Of a DNA stretch of 64,000 nucleotides, positions 37,618 through 47,751 are shown in pieces. Where the stretch lies: IMG/VR virus record IMGVR_UViG_3300032174_000075, positions 1 to 64,000 of that record; one strand, 5' to 3'. This stretch comes from a virus. The notes beneath the pieces were generated by a model. That model saw only the letters and a list, made by a program, of their open reading frames with translations, did no database searches and was not told the DNA's origin. The position numbers were made by a program, and so were the translations under genes. The stretch's first letter is position 1; each line of letters begins with the position of its first letter.

Positions 37618-39344
37618 TTGAATGCTGCCTCCGCTAAGGCCATGACCTTCTCCCGATAGGTTTTGGGCCGGCCTTCGTCAGTAGGCGGCAGAACAGTCAT
37701 AAGCGTTGCTTTCTCTGCGTCAAAAACAATTCGCACATTTTTACCCCGCACTCGTATCCATCCCTCGAAAGCGTAGCCGTGATCATCGCCTTTGTGCGCC
37801 GACTTCACACCAGACACTCTTCCTTCTGAGACCGCCGCGCGCATCTCCCGGTTTACAGCCGTTGTCCATTTGATCCCATAGCGCTCTTCTAATCTGGCAT
37901 GATTGTGCAACGTGCCATCGTCTAAATGCCGCAACTGTTTGGGGTCGAGATTCTGGAGAATTTCCTCGGCGTCAAAATAATCTACGTATTGATCATCTTT
38001 CATATGTAGACGGCGCTGTTCGTCGCGCACCTGATGATGGTAGACATCATCGACCTGTGATGGCGGATAGAAGCGGTGGTCAATCGCATCCCAAGCGCGC
38101 CGTTTCTCGTTCATCTGCTCGACGCGCCACTCATCTTGAGAAATCGACGCTTCAAGGCGGTCATATTCATCGCCGTCATTCTCGGCAGTTAATGACAGCG
38201 CGTGACCCGCTTGTTCAAAATTTTCCCTATAGAACTTCGTCACAAACCAACGGACGTTTGTCTGCTTGGCCTTAAGTTCGGCTATCGTGACGCGTCCTTC
38301 TAGCATCGCCAGCATAATCTCTTGTACGATATCGGAGCGCATATGAGGCGGGATAGATTTTGGTATAAGAGAGTTCGCTTCCAAGAGATCGGCGTGCTCG
38401 TCACGAACCTTCGCGATATATGGAAACTGTAGCAGTTCGGCGCCAGCATGATTGTGAAGGCGAAGGACCTTCTTGGGCTGCGGCAATATTTGCCGCCAAG
38501 TATATGACGGCTGAAAGCCCTTATCGAGAGCGTACCTCACGATTGATTGCGGAGAACGCCCAAGCGCATTTGCCGCTAATTCGACGTTCGCATTGTTCTC
38601 ACAGAACCTTTCAAGCGCAGTCTTTTCGGATTGAGTCCACCAAGTTCGCGTACTCATCCAAGCGCCGCCGACGTAGCGGTTTTGCCCTATTTCGTAATTG
38701 TGCGCTCTGGCGTCTCGCTCTGCGAACATGAAAGAGCGAAGCTTTTTACGGGCTGTGCAAGAACTTTTCTTCCCATAGCCGACATGCGCCTCTAAAACTT
38801 TCCCCCACGATGATCCGTTATTTACATCGTTGATCGCAACGATGGTCATAAGAACCTGCTTCCACGTCAGTTTTGTGGCGCGAAACGGCGTGCCTGATGT
38901 AAGTGAGTAACTGTACCCGCATCTCTGGCACTTAAAGAGGTGCCTCCCCGTATCTCTCGTAATATGATAGCTCACCCCATGGGCGCACTCTGGGCATATC
39001 GGCTCTCCGTCGGTTTCTGGCCAACGAAGCTGTTTGAAAAGTTCGCGAGCCGCCCATTCCGAAAGAGGTTCAATCGCCTCTGGAGTGAGGGCCTTTGCGG
39101 CAGGGCTAGTCATGAAAGCGCTGCCGGAAGTGTAGCAAGAGCGGCATACTCCAATGCTGCCGGGAAACTTATTGGCCCCACATTTTTTGCACGTTGAATA
39201 TGCTTCTTCTCGGTCCTCCTTAAGGAGATTTGCTGCGTCGCTTTCATTTGCCGCCAATATGGCGTTGTTCGATATAAACGCGCCGCCGTGTTCCTTGTAG
39301 AGCGGCTTACGGCCTTTGTTGTGTCGCGACCTACGCGTGCCCAT
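37614..39344 (-). CDS. multidomain protein: Zn finger, IS1595-type Zn ribbon/HTH (no DDE), Myb/GcrA-like HTH, sigma-like segment, RelE-like domain
   Basis: LRWP..DGEPICPEC...FKCQRC..SLTSGTPF aligns with both transposases in the window; see findings. Confidence 0.7.
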   Translation of the reverse strand: MGTRRSRHNKGRKPLYKEHGGAFISNNAILAANESDAANLLKEDREEAYSTCKKCGANKFPGSIGVCRSCYTSGSAFMTSPAAKALTPEAIEPLSEWAARELFKQLRWPETDGEPICPECAHGVSYHITRDTGRHLFKCQRCGYSYSLTSGTPFRATKLTWKQVLMTIVAINDVNNGSSWGKVLEAHVGYGKKSSCTARKKLRSFMFAERDARAHNYEIGQNRYVGGAWMSTRTWWTQSEKTALERFCENNANVELAANALGRSPQSIVRYALDKGFQPSYTWRQILPQPKKVLRLHNHAGAELLQFPYIAKVRDEHADLLEANSLIPKSIPPHMRSDIVQEIMLAMLEGRVTIAELKAKQTNVRWFVTKFYRENFEQAGHALSLTAENDGDEYDRLEASISQDEWRVEQMNEKRRAWDAIDHRFYPPSQVDDVYHHQVRDEQRRLHMKDDQYVDYFDAEEILQNLDPKQLRHLDDGTLHNHARLEERYGIKWTTAVNREMRAAVSEGRVSGVKSAHKGDDHGYAFEGWIRVRGKNVRIVFDAEKATLMTVLPPTDEGRPKTYREKVMALAEAAFK

Positions 39345-39510
39345 GGCGCCCTTCCTCCATGAGCGTCACGTTGTATTTCTCGGTCAGGTCTGAAATCCAG
39401 TCGCGCAGAAGATCGGCGCGCAGCACCCAATCGAGCGATTCCCAGTCGGCCGGAAACTGGACGGAACCTTCGCCATCCGCGAAACTTGCGAGCAATTTGG
39501 GCTTTGTCAT
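39331..39510 (-). CDS. 59-aa hypothetical protein, first gene of the antisense operon
   Basis: Not in ORF track; GAGGAG RBS, MTKPKLLASFADGEGSVQFPADW...GHA*, overlaps the start at 39344. Confidence 0.6.
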   Translation of the reverse strand: MTKPKLLASFADGEGSVQFPADWESLDWVLRADLLRDWISDLTEKYNVTLMEEGRHGHA

Positions 39511-39532
39511 CTTCGACTCCTCGCCCTCGTTA

Positions 39533-39860
39533 GGGCTGTAGCGGCGCGGGTGGTGCGCCTATCGACGGCTAGGATTGAGCCACAGCCCCGTTGACAGGTC
39601 AAGGCTGAAAGCGCACATTTCCGCTCGGGAACGCCGCCGCTACAGCTAGGCGTGGCTTGGCCGGGAGAGACGGCTGTGTCGCTGCATCGGCGAGCCTTTG
39701 CCTTAACGGCAATCCTTCACGGAGGGTTGAAGCCTATCGTAACAGACGGCTTGCGCAAAGGCTCACCGCTGCAACGATAATCGGAGACGGGCATGCGCGA
39801 GAAAACTTGCATCGGCGACGGCGGCTCTTCGTTCGTCGGCGCTGGCAACTCCGCCTAACC
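39533..39860. ncRNA. candidate structured non-coding/leader RNA
   Basis: Perfect 12-bp stem 39535-39546/39635-39646 and long stem ~39683-39701/39755-39773, each enclosing several hairpins; no credible ORF. Confidence 0.5.
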
Positions 39861-39879
39861 ACCAAGGAGAACATCCCTC

Positions 39880-40206
39880 ATGGCCGCGCCCTCCGCTCCG
39901 GTTATCGTCGCCACGAAGTCAGCGTGGCTTTCAAAGACGAATTGGGTTGCTGGCCTGACAGGTCTTGGAGCGATCGTCACGCAGTTCACGCCACTATTGC
40001 CGCCAGAGTGGCAAGGGAAGGCGACGGCCTTTGTCGCGCTGCTTGGTGCGGTCGGGGTGTGGATCACAAGGACGTTTTTCACTACCAGTCTCACGCCATC
40101 ATCTACGGCTGACCTTCCTTCCGCTGCCAATGCCATCCGAGCCTCTGGCGCATCCGAGGCGCAGGTTGTGGACGCCTTGAACGCCGCTCAGATTACCGCG
40201 AAATAG
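39880..40206 (+). CDS. holin-like two-TM protein
   Basis: KSAWLSKTNW motif, two TMs, strong RBS. Confidence 0.65.
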   Translation: MAAPSAPVIVATKSAWLSKTNWVAGLTGLGAIVTQFTPLLPPEWQGKATAFVALLGAVGVWITRTFFTTSLTPSSTADLPSAANAIRASGASEAQVVDALNAAQITAK

Positions 40207-40216
40207 GAGTGCTATC

Positions 40217-40426
40217 GTGACTGCGTGGTTTCTGATAATGAGCATACTCATTTACTCAGGCGATGATGGATCTTGGCATAGACAATACCAAGTCCGGGAT
40301 CAGGCCTTTCCATCTCAGGAAGAATGCGAAGTCGCGCGTTATCACAGGACGCACAACGACTATTTCGACGGCGATCTACAAACCGCTTGCGTCGAAGTGA
40401 CACTGCTTCCGAAGATCGACAGATAG
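40217..40426 (+). CDS. small exported hypothetical protein
   Basis: Hydrophobic N-terminus, F.S.EEC motif, RBS. Confidence 0.5.
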   Translation: MTAWFLIMSILIYSGDDGSWHRQYQVRDQAFPSQEECEVARYHRTHNDYFDGDLQTACVEVTLLPKIDR

Positions 40427-40434
40427 GAGTCCCC

Positions 40435-40818
40435 ATGAATCCCCTCAAATCCCTCGCCCTGGCCTCCGTAGTGGCAACCTCCCTTGGCGGCTGTCAGACA
40501 GTCGCCAGCCTTCTGACGGGCCAGAGCGTGGCCCAGGTGGCGCCTACGACCATCGCGGACGCGGAGAAAGCGTTAACGATTGCGCACTTGGCCTATCAGG
40601 CCCTCGGGGAAACTCTCAAGTCAGGGGCGGATAGCGGCATTCTCCATGGTCCCAATGCTGCAACTGCGAAGAGCTACTATGACAAAGCTGGCGACTACCT
40701 CGACGTAGCGGACAAGGCCGATGCGGCTGCGAACGCGCAGGGTATTTTCTCCGCTGTCGCCAGCGCCGAGTCGTTCATCACGCAGGCCAAGGCGCTTGTG
40801 CCGAGTACGAGCCACTGA
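40435..40818 (+). CDS. lipoprotein (spanin-like position)
   Basis: ATG 40435 with RBS; lipobox LGGC; helical mature part. Confidence 0.65.
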   Translation: MNPLKSLALASVVATSLGGCQTVASLLTGQSVAQVAPTTIADAEKALTIAHLAYQALGETLKSGADSGILHGPNAATAKSYYDKAGDYLDVADKADAAANAQGIFSAVASAESFITQAKALVPSTSH

Positions 40819-41060
40819 GCCGTCATGAACGAGGAGCTTCTGAGCGCGTTTCGTGAGTGGTGGCACCAGAAGGCCCGCCACGGCGAGACGGCCTCCGCTG
40901 CTGCGACTTCTTTGGAGAAGCACCTTTTGGAGCGCGGCTTCATGATCGTGCGCGCGGAACGCCATCTTGCCGCCACTGAATGGAGTCTCGATCCTGAAAG
41001 GGTGTGAATCGCTACGATGGCCCTTTCCTTCCCCGCCCGCTAACGCCTAGGAGCCCTCCC

Positions 41061-41267
41061 ATGGACGCCACACAGATTGTCTCCCTCATCACCTCCCTCG
41101 CCGATCTTGTCGCCAAGCTCGCCCCGCTGGCGACTCAGGGTGGAGCGGTCCTTTCCGAAACCGATGCGAACGCCGTTCATGGCGCCCTTCTCAAAGCCGA
41201 GGAAGCCACAGCGGCGCTCCGCCCCCAGGTTGACGCCGCCCTGGACGCTGCCGCCGCCCGAGGCTGA
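41061..41267 (+). CDS. small helical hypothetical protein
   Basis: RBS AGGAG, MDATQIVSLITSLADLV. Confidence 0.5.
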   Translation: MDATQIVSLITSLADLVAKLAPLATQGGAVLSETDANAVHGALLKAEEATAALRPQVDAALDAAAARG

Positions 41268-41299
41268 GACTTACACCCGCTAGGGGCGTTTACTCCGGT

Positions 41300-41722
41300 A
41301 TGACATTGCATGAGCGCTTTTCGGCTGGCTCAAGTGCCGCTATACCTAGTGGCACGAGGAACGGTTCGCGCTATAGTTGGAAGGCGCTGTTAACGAGGGC
41401 TTGGGAGGCAATGGGCGGGATAAACCTCAGCGCGGGCCAGTTCAACATCGCAAGCTTCCTGTCCGTGATCGCAGTCGCGGCGGTCCTTTGGTTCGGCAAC
41501 CTCGTGACCGGGGACCATGAGAAGATTTCCGGGATTGCAGGCGGCGTCCAGAATATCCAGACTTCCGTCGCCGGCATGCAGGCGCAGGTATCGACTCTAC
41601 AGGGCCAGGTCACGGCATTCCAGGGCGATCTTGCCGAGATGCGCGCCCGGCTCGATTGCGCCCAAGGCGTCGGGACCGTGGCAGGATGCGAACGCAAGCG
41701 CCGGATGGCGCCAACGCAATGA
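41300..41722 (+). CDS. TM plus coiled-coil protein
   Basis: Hydrophobic FLSVIAVAAVLWF followed by heptads; start uncertain. Confidence 0.55.
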   Translation: MTLHERFSAGSSAAIPSGTRNGSRYSWKALLTRAWEAMGGINLSAGQFNIASFLSVIAVAAVLWFGNLVTGDHEKISGIAGGVQNIQTSVAGMQAQVSTLQGQVTAFQGDLAEMRARLDCAQGVGTVAGCERKRRMAPTQ

Positions 41723-42030
41723 GCGACGCTGGTGGATTGTCTGCGCCAGGAAGTGCGACGGTCACAAACGACGAGCGCCTGACCAATACGAATGGCACGC
41801 TGGTTTCCGTCCGACTCGGGGAGGATGAACGTCGGGCGCTCCGCTGGCTTTCTCCTCTCTTGATCTTCGTCGGCTTCAATCTCGCGCTAAGCCTTGTGCT
41901 CTATTTCGAGTGGCAGCGCGCCGCGACCAATTACGCGCTTGTCTATAGCCACCAGCTTAAGGAAGAGGCATACTTGGCGGCGCATGGGGTGGACGTGACC
42001 AAGTTCGGTGACGCTCTGCCAGAGCCGTAG
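41719..42030 (+). CDS. single-TM hypothetical protein
   Basis: ATGA overlap; TM WLSPLLIFVGFNLALSLVLYF. Confidence 0.55.
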   Translation: MSDAGGLSAPGSATVTNDERLTNTNGTLVSVRLGEDERRALRWLSPLLIFVGFNLALSLVLYFEWQRAATNYALVYSHQLKEEAYLAAHGVDVTKFGDALPEP

Positions 42031-42038
42031 GAACGACT

Positions 42039-42428
42039 ATGGGTTGGGCAGTCGGTGAAGGCAAGGACGGCCGCGATATCGGGTACGGCGTTCCTGCGCT
42101 GTGTGATCATCCGTGCTGCAATGCGAGAATCAATCGCGGTCTCTCTTTCGTCTGTGGAATGATAAATTCGCCTGGCGAGGATCGCGGCTGCGGTTTGCAT
42201 TTCTGCCTGGACCACCTTCGCCATTCGCAGCGCTTTGGGCAACTCTGCCCCCGGCGCTGGCCGAAGAAGCTTGAGCCTTTCGAGCGCAAGCCGGACTTAC
42301 ACGAATGGACCTCCCATAAGATGACAGATGAGACTTGGCAGGAATGGCGCAACACGCATCTTGCGGAAGTCGAGGATTACCATCGCAGAATCGGCGGCGA
42401 AGAAATGCCGCATGTCGAAAGCACATAG
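42039..42428 (+). CDS. Cys/His-rich phage protein
   Basis: MGW...RDIGYGVPA.CDHP.C...I.RGL..VCG...GCGL.FC..H. Confidence 0.7.
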   Translation: MGWAVGEGKDGRDIGYGVPALCDHPCCNARINRGLSFVCGMINSPGEDRGCGLHFCLDHLRHSQRFGQLCPRRWPKKLEPFERKPDLHEWTSHKMTDETWQEWRNTHLAEVEDYHRRIGGEEMPHVEST

Positions 42429-43868
42429 AGGAACGGCGCTGGCAATGGATTGGCGCGAAGATACCAGCCGTGAGAATGAAGCGCATGCTGGCGATATATT
42501 AATCGCAGCCCGGCGCCTTAACAGGCTGGCAGTGCAAATGAAGGCACTCGGATATGTGGACATAAAGCCGACGCTCGGGGACGTTCAGAATGTTCCAATC
42601 AACAAAGTCTATGACGCGCTATCCGACATGCTTGAAGAGGCTCTAAACCGAATAGGAGATTTGCAATGTCCGGTGACGATGACGACGTGATCATTCACAG
42701 GGTCCAGCACAACACCACAACCGACACGGCGACACCCGTAACGGGCTCACGAGCCGACATGGCCGCGCTCATGTCGCATATCAATATCCCAGCGCTCCCA
42801 AGCCAGTCTCAGAAGGACTTGGCGAATGCAATTGTGGCGCTCACGGCGTGAGGGCAATCTGAGAAACCGCCGCGCGACGGCTTCGCGCATAGCAGAAGAA
42901 GCAGTAGGAGAAGAAGCATGTTCACGATCAAACTTTACAAATACGACGGTGCCAACCAGAAGGTTTTCGCGGCCGAGAGCTTTTCGATTTTGCGCGGGAG
43001 GAACTCTGGGAGCACTGACGGCCCATGTAGTTCCTGGTCGGAAATTACCGCGCATATGAAGAACCAAAACGACGCCGTGAGGTTCGATATCGGCGACAGC
43101 CCCTATCAGCCAAGCGGCGGGGTTTGGGAAAGGGCCATCATCGAAAACGCCGCCGGCCGCACGACAGAGATAATCGGAGCGGACCAGCCCTATAAGGCGC
43201 CAGTGGCCCAAGCCTAGTCGCCCTTTCCCCCTAGACGTGCTACAAGAGCCCCGCTGGGCGACTGGCGGGGCTTTGCCTTTGAGTGCGCGCGGCAGGCGAG
43301 GAACAATCATGATAGATAACGAACTGCTTGGTTTGGTCGTGGCGCAGCAAGGTAGGAAATACCTTACGCGTGGCGGTAAGGTTGTCGGCCCGCTTCGTCT
43401 AGGCGGGGAAGGGATGGAAGACCATTATCTGAGCGGCGGCCACGCGTGGCATTCGTCTGGAGAGGGCTGCGGTGATCCCGATTATGACCTTGTGCAGGAA
43501 GTCTCTGAATGAGTGGCCGCGCGGGCATTAGTTGCAAGCCTCCTCGCCAATTTGAGGAAGGATGGGTGTCGGTACTCACCGCCTGTTCGATGGCCGCTGA
43601 GTATGTGAAGCGTGCTGGGCTGTCTCTGCGCTATCGAAGCGCGAAGAGCGAGGCCTGTTATTACATCATGCCTGGTCGATTTGGGCTACTGCGAATCGCC
43701 ACCCATTCGAAGGGTGGCAAGAACCCAGACATGAAAGACGGACCGGCCATCGTCAGCGTCACATTCCCGGAAGCCAACCTGCGTGGCTTCACAAGAGAGC
43801 ACGTCGAGAACCATGCAGCGAACGGGATTGGTCTGTATCTCATTCGTTCGAAACGAACAGACTCATAG
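42412..43868 (+). other. cluster of small phage hypothetical genes (42412-42690, 42666-42851, 42918-43217, 43309-43512, 43509-43868)
   Basis: Short co-oriented ORFs with RBSs or overlaps; no recognisable domains. Confidence 0.5.
43244..43280 (+). terminator. intrinsic terminator-like hairpin
   Basis: AGCCCCGC-TGGGCGACTG-GCGGGGCT followed by TTGCCTTT. Confidence 0.55.
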
Positions 43869-43880
43869 AAGGGCTAGAAC

Positions 43881-44315
43881 ATGGCTGACGACACCGACGA
43901 ATCAGACGGACTCCAGCGGCTCCGGGAGATCAGCGGAAAGCTGGTTGACATGGACCCGGACCTGTTCCAGCAGATTATCGACGCGCTGCCCGACGCGCTT
44001 TTGATTGCGGATGCGCAGTCGAAAATCCTGCTCGTCAACAAGCAATTGGAACTCATGTTCGGCTGGCCGCGCACAATGCTCATGGGCCAGCGCCTCGACA
44101 TGCTCATGCCCGAGGAGGTCCGCACAATCCACAAGGCGCATTTCGACGATTACTTCATGAATCCGTCCGCGCGCCCGATGAACATGGGCAAGCACCTCAC
44201 GGGGCTGCGCCGGGACGGCCGCTTGGTCACCGTGCAAATCAGCCTCGGCCCGATCATCAGCCCGCAAGGAACATGGGGGCTCGCACTTATCCGGCGTGCC
44301 ATAGACGGCAAGTAA
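43881..44315 (+). CDS. stand-alone PAS domain protein (FixL heme-PAS-like)
   Basis: IIDALPDALLIAD...I..VN.Q.E.MFGW....L.GQ.L.MLMPE..R..H...G.RRDG....V.ISL. Confidence 0.88.
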   Translation: MADDTDESDGLQRLREISGKLVDMDPDLFQQIIDALPDALLIADAQSKILLVNKQLELMFGWPRTMLMGQRLDMLMPEEVRTIHKAHFDDYFMNPSARPMNMGKHLTGLRRDGRLVTVQISLGPIISPQGTWGLALIRRAIDGK

Positions 44316-44687
44316 ATGGTCGGGGAGGTGAATAGCGATTTTCGCGAAACTCTCATCCGCCAACTTGAAAATCAGGAGCGGGCGTTTGAACGGCTTGAAG
44401 CGAAGGTGGACCAGCTCCGCGTCGAGAAATTGGCAGAGATCAGAACCGAGATAAACGACGCACGCCGGGAGTCCGCATCGGCGGTTTCTCTCGCTAGGGC
44501 GGATGCTGCGTCCGAGATAGCCCGCGTTCGATCCGATGCTGCTGCTGATGCTGCCACTCTTCGCACCACGACCAGCGAAAAGCTTGCGGCCCTTCAGGTG
44601 CGGTCTGGGCTATGGGGCGGCATGTCTGGCGGAATTGCAGCCCTCCTCGCAGCGCTGGCGGTCTATGTCGCCAAGGGCGGCCATTAG
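44316..44687 (+). CDS. coiled-coil protein with a C-terminal TM anchor
   Basis: Starts right after the PAS stop (TAAATG); heptads then GLWGGMSGGIAALLAALAVYV. Confidence 0.7.
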   Translation: MVGEVNSDFRETLIRQLENQERAFERLEAKVDQLRVEKLAEIRTEINDARRESASAVSLARADAASEIARVRSDAAADAATLRTTTSEKLAALQVRSGLWGGMSGGIAALLAALAVYVAKGGH

Positions 44688-47200
44688 CTCAGCGGCGTCC
44701 ATGCCCAAGCATCGGGGCAATCTCCGCGCTTATAGAACCACGCCGCAGCCCCGTTTATCGAGTTCGTGATCTTGAGAATTACGCGGTTCAAGTCCCCGTA
44801 AGAATCTTCCGCGCCGAGTTTGATCGCGAGCGCCTTCGCTCTGTCCTCGTTCTTCGTCAGGAATGTTCTGCGTGAATGCGTGCGAAGATTGTAGACGCTG
44901 CCGTGCCATGGAAGCGCGGATTTCTCTTCTGAGGACGGCAATCGCGCAGGCAGAAAGCTTTCCGGTGCTGGCGGCAAGTTCCCGCCAAAGAAGCGCGGGC
45001 GCCCCTTCCCGATCTTCGATGTCTTGCTCGCAATCTACAGGCGGTCCTACTTCTTCGTCTGTTTCTCAGGCAGCTTTCCGAGCGCGCCAACGCAGACCTG
45101 ATAGCGCCCGCCACCTTCATCAAGCAGACCAATGCCGCCCAGGACAACAGCCGTCCCGCCATTCGCGTGTATCCAACGCTGCGCCGCGCAGACGAGGTTA
45201 TGAGCATGATCGCCTTTGCGGTATCGCAACCACGTCCACTTTGCTTTGCGCTTCTTCACGGGCGTCGCTCTTCTGCTCATTTCGACACCGCCCTTTGCTG
45301 CGTTATCGCTATGGCCGCATCTATTAGTGCTTCAGAGCGCTTCCCATTTATCGCGGACGCGAAGGCGTCCGTCTGAACTTGTCGAGACGGGTCAGCCTTG
45401 GACACAAGGTACGCAGCCCTCATGAGAGCGCTCTCTCGCCTATTCTTCTCGTTTTTCCTGTTGCGCTCGTTTGTCGAATCCGTTCGAGCTCGCCGTTTTG
45501 CGAGGACGGTGCACGCCTCTTGGATTTGATCTTTCGTGCCTTTCAAAAGTACACGCACTGCGGCGCTCCTAGCTAGTTGTCCGTTCGCCACCAGCGAGCC
45601 GGAAGTAAACGATATCGTCAGGGTGGAGTTCGTAGCTGCGCTCCGGTTGCGTCCCGTAAGCCGCCGCTTCGATCTGAAAGCGATCCATTGCCGTGCGATG
45701 CGTGTTGATCTTGTTGGCGCATTCTTGGAGTCGCCCTTGCAGGGTAGGATCGAGAACGATCTGCACGTTCTTCCCGCCGGTCACCTCGTATTCCCGCACT
45801 TCGACACCGGCCGCTTTGGCGGCGCCAATCGCTTTATCTTGCTCATGGCCCCACCAGTTCAGGCGCTCCGTGTGGTAGTCGCACTCACGAGCAGCCGCAT
45901 CGCTGATCTGCTTGCCTGTGAATTGAAATGTGTGCTCTTGGCGTTTCATTTCTAAAGTCTCCTAGCTTTTCTCTTGCGCAGGTGGCGGCTGATCTGCTCT
46001 GGATATTCTTCGATCAGCCGGTCAAGGATTCGCATGTCTTCTGCGAATTTGGCCGACGCCTTTTCGAAGTTCTTGGCAAATCGCTCTTGGCGATCCCAGT
46101 CTCTCTGCGTCACTTCGCGCGGCATGGCGTCTCCTATTGTGTCATCCGTAGTACGGTAGAGAAAACCATTCTTTTTCTGACAGCACGAAAGGCATGGCAC
46201 GCGTCTTGCGCACCATCACGTATCCTTTCGCACGCGCCATGAGCGTGACGCGTCCTCCGCGAAACACACGCGGCCTCTTGAGCGCCTGAATGCAGTCCTC
46301 GCATTCATCGTTGATCTTGTGAGGCTTCAACATTTCGGTCTCCTTAAATGTCTGCGTCGAACGGCGAGATGATGGATACCGCCGACGCGCTGATGACGGT
46401 ATCGACCGACACGTTGAAGCGGTTCTCTATATCGACGCGCATTCGGCCAGACACCAGAACCCGTACGCGATCTCCAAAGCTCAGATACACATTCACATCC
46501 GTCTTGAACCAACCCGGCATGATCGCGGCTTTCTCGTTCGCATCCACGTCCGGGAAGTTTCTGCGGAAGCCGAAAAGGCGGCGTGCGTGATCTCGCCACG
46601 TTGGAATATGCGTCATGCAAAAGGTGTCCGGCGCCTCGTCTTGAGCGGTCATCACGCATTTCCCTTCGCTTTGAGATGGTCCTTCGCAAACTGCTTGATG
46701 AAGTCCTGTAGCTCGGCCTCGATCAAAGACATGCGCCGAAGGTCGCGGTCGGTCGCATCCTCGCCGGAATCGAGAAACGTCATGATGCTGCCGAACAGGT
46801 GTTGTGCGCCGGCGAAGAATGCCATCCGCATTTCGCGAACCTGATCCTCTGGCGCATCCTTCGCCATAGCGGTCATGCGGAGTCCAACGAACCCAGCCTC
46901 GATGATTTTGCCGCTATCGCTGAGCGCCTTTGTGAGCTTGGCGGCTTCTTCGTTGACGTTGATGGTCATGCTCGGCGCTCCGCTCAGGTTGTCTGTTTCT
47001 TGCCCCGTACATTCCCACGTTCCCAGGCTTTCGATAGCTCTGGTGTCGCAAAGAATGAGAAGTGGCAATTGATCTGGTTCGGACCATCTTTGCGCGCCAG
47101 GTATCCAGCCCTCTCGGCTTGCTCTTCCGAACGAGATTCGGGCTTGAGGCGATGCGCGAGTGATTGATCGGCCATCTTCCGTGCTCCTAACGTTTTGTCT
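44684..47200 (-). other. cluster of short minus-strand phage hypothetical genes (e.g. 45047-45280, 45569-45949, 46142-46333, 46344-46655, 46652-46969)
   Basis: Tightly packed or overlapping ORFs with RBSs; no recognisable enzymes. Confidence 0.55.
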
Positions 47201-47203
47201 GCT

Positions 47204-47599
47204 TCAACATGGACGCTGATATTGTTCGGCGAACTTCTGCGCGCTGAGAACGCTGAACACGCCCTCTGCATCGCGAATGATCACGTCGCCGATCTCCGCG
47301 CGCAGATGGCCACCACGCTGCTTGATCAGAATATAGGGCGGATAATGATCCGGCTTTCGCAGCGATTTGAGATATGCCGCGAGGTCTCCCTTCAAAGAAA
47401 ACCATTCGCTATGAACGCGATATTGCATGAAGCGATGGTGAAGATGACGTTCTTCATGGACGCCGCCGCGACGAACGCGCAGCAAAATACATTCTTTGTG
47501 GTTATGCGTCTGGATGGACGCTAGGCGCCTGAACACGTCTTTCGCGTGCCCGATCTTCACTGGGCCACGGTCGCCAGCCTGGATGAAATAGATGGTCAC
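47204..47599 (-). CDS. GIY-YIG-like (T5orf172/MUG113) protein
   Basis: IYFIQ....GPVKIG......RRL..IQT...E..LH.RF...RV..EWF. Confidence 0.85.
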   Translation of the reverse strand: MTIYFIQAGDRGPVKIGHAKDVFRRLASIQTHNHKECILLRVRRGGVHEERHLHHRFMQYRVHSEWFSLKGDLAAYLKSLRKPDHYPPYILIKQRGGHLRAEIGDVIIRDAEGVFSVLSAQKFAEQYQRPC

Positions 47600-47751
47600 T
47601 TGCGCTCGACTTCTTTCAAAGCCAATTCCAGGCCGCGCAATAAAATTTGCGTGATGGATGGCGCATACGGGTCTTTTGAGCGGTCCGTAGCTTTTTCCAG
47701 CCGCGCCGCCTGGGAGTCTGGGATTCGGATAGTCGCGGTTCTGTCAGCCAT
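47596..47751 (-). CDS. 51-aa ribbon-helix-helix-like regulator
   Basis: Not in ORF track; MADRTATIRIPDSQAARLEKA...SITQILLRGLELALKEVERK; TTGACA (minus, 47786-47781) upstream. Confidence 0.6.
   Translation of the reverse strand: MADRTATIRIPDSQAARLEKATDRSKDPYAPSITQILLRGLELALKEVERK

Noticed and set aside
37614-39344. Third active transposase
   Set aside because: The first catalytic Asp is replaced and the remainder of the DDE domain is absent
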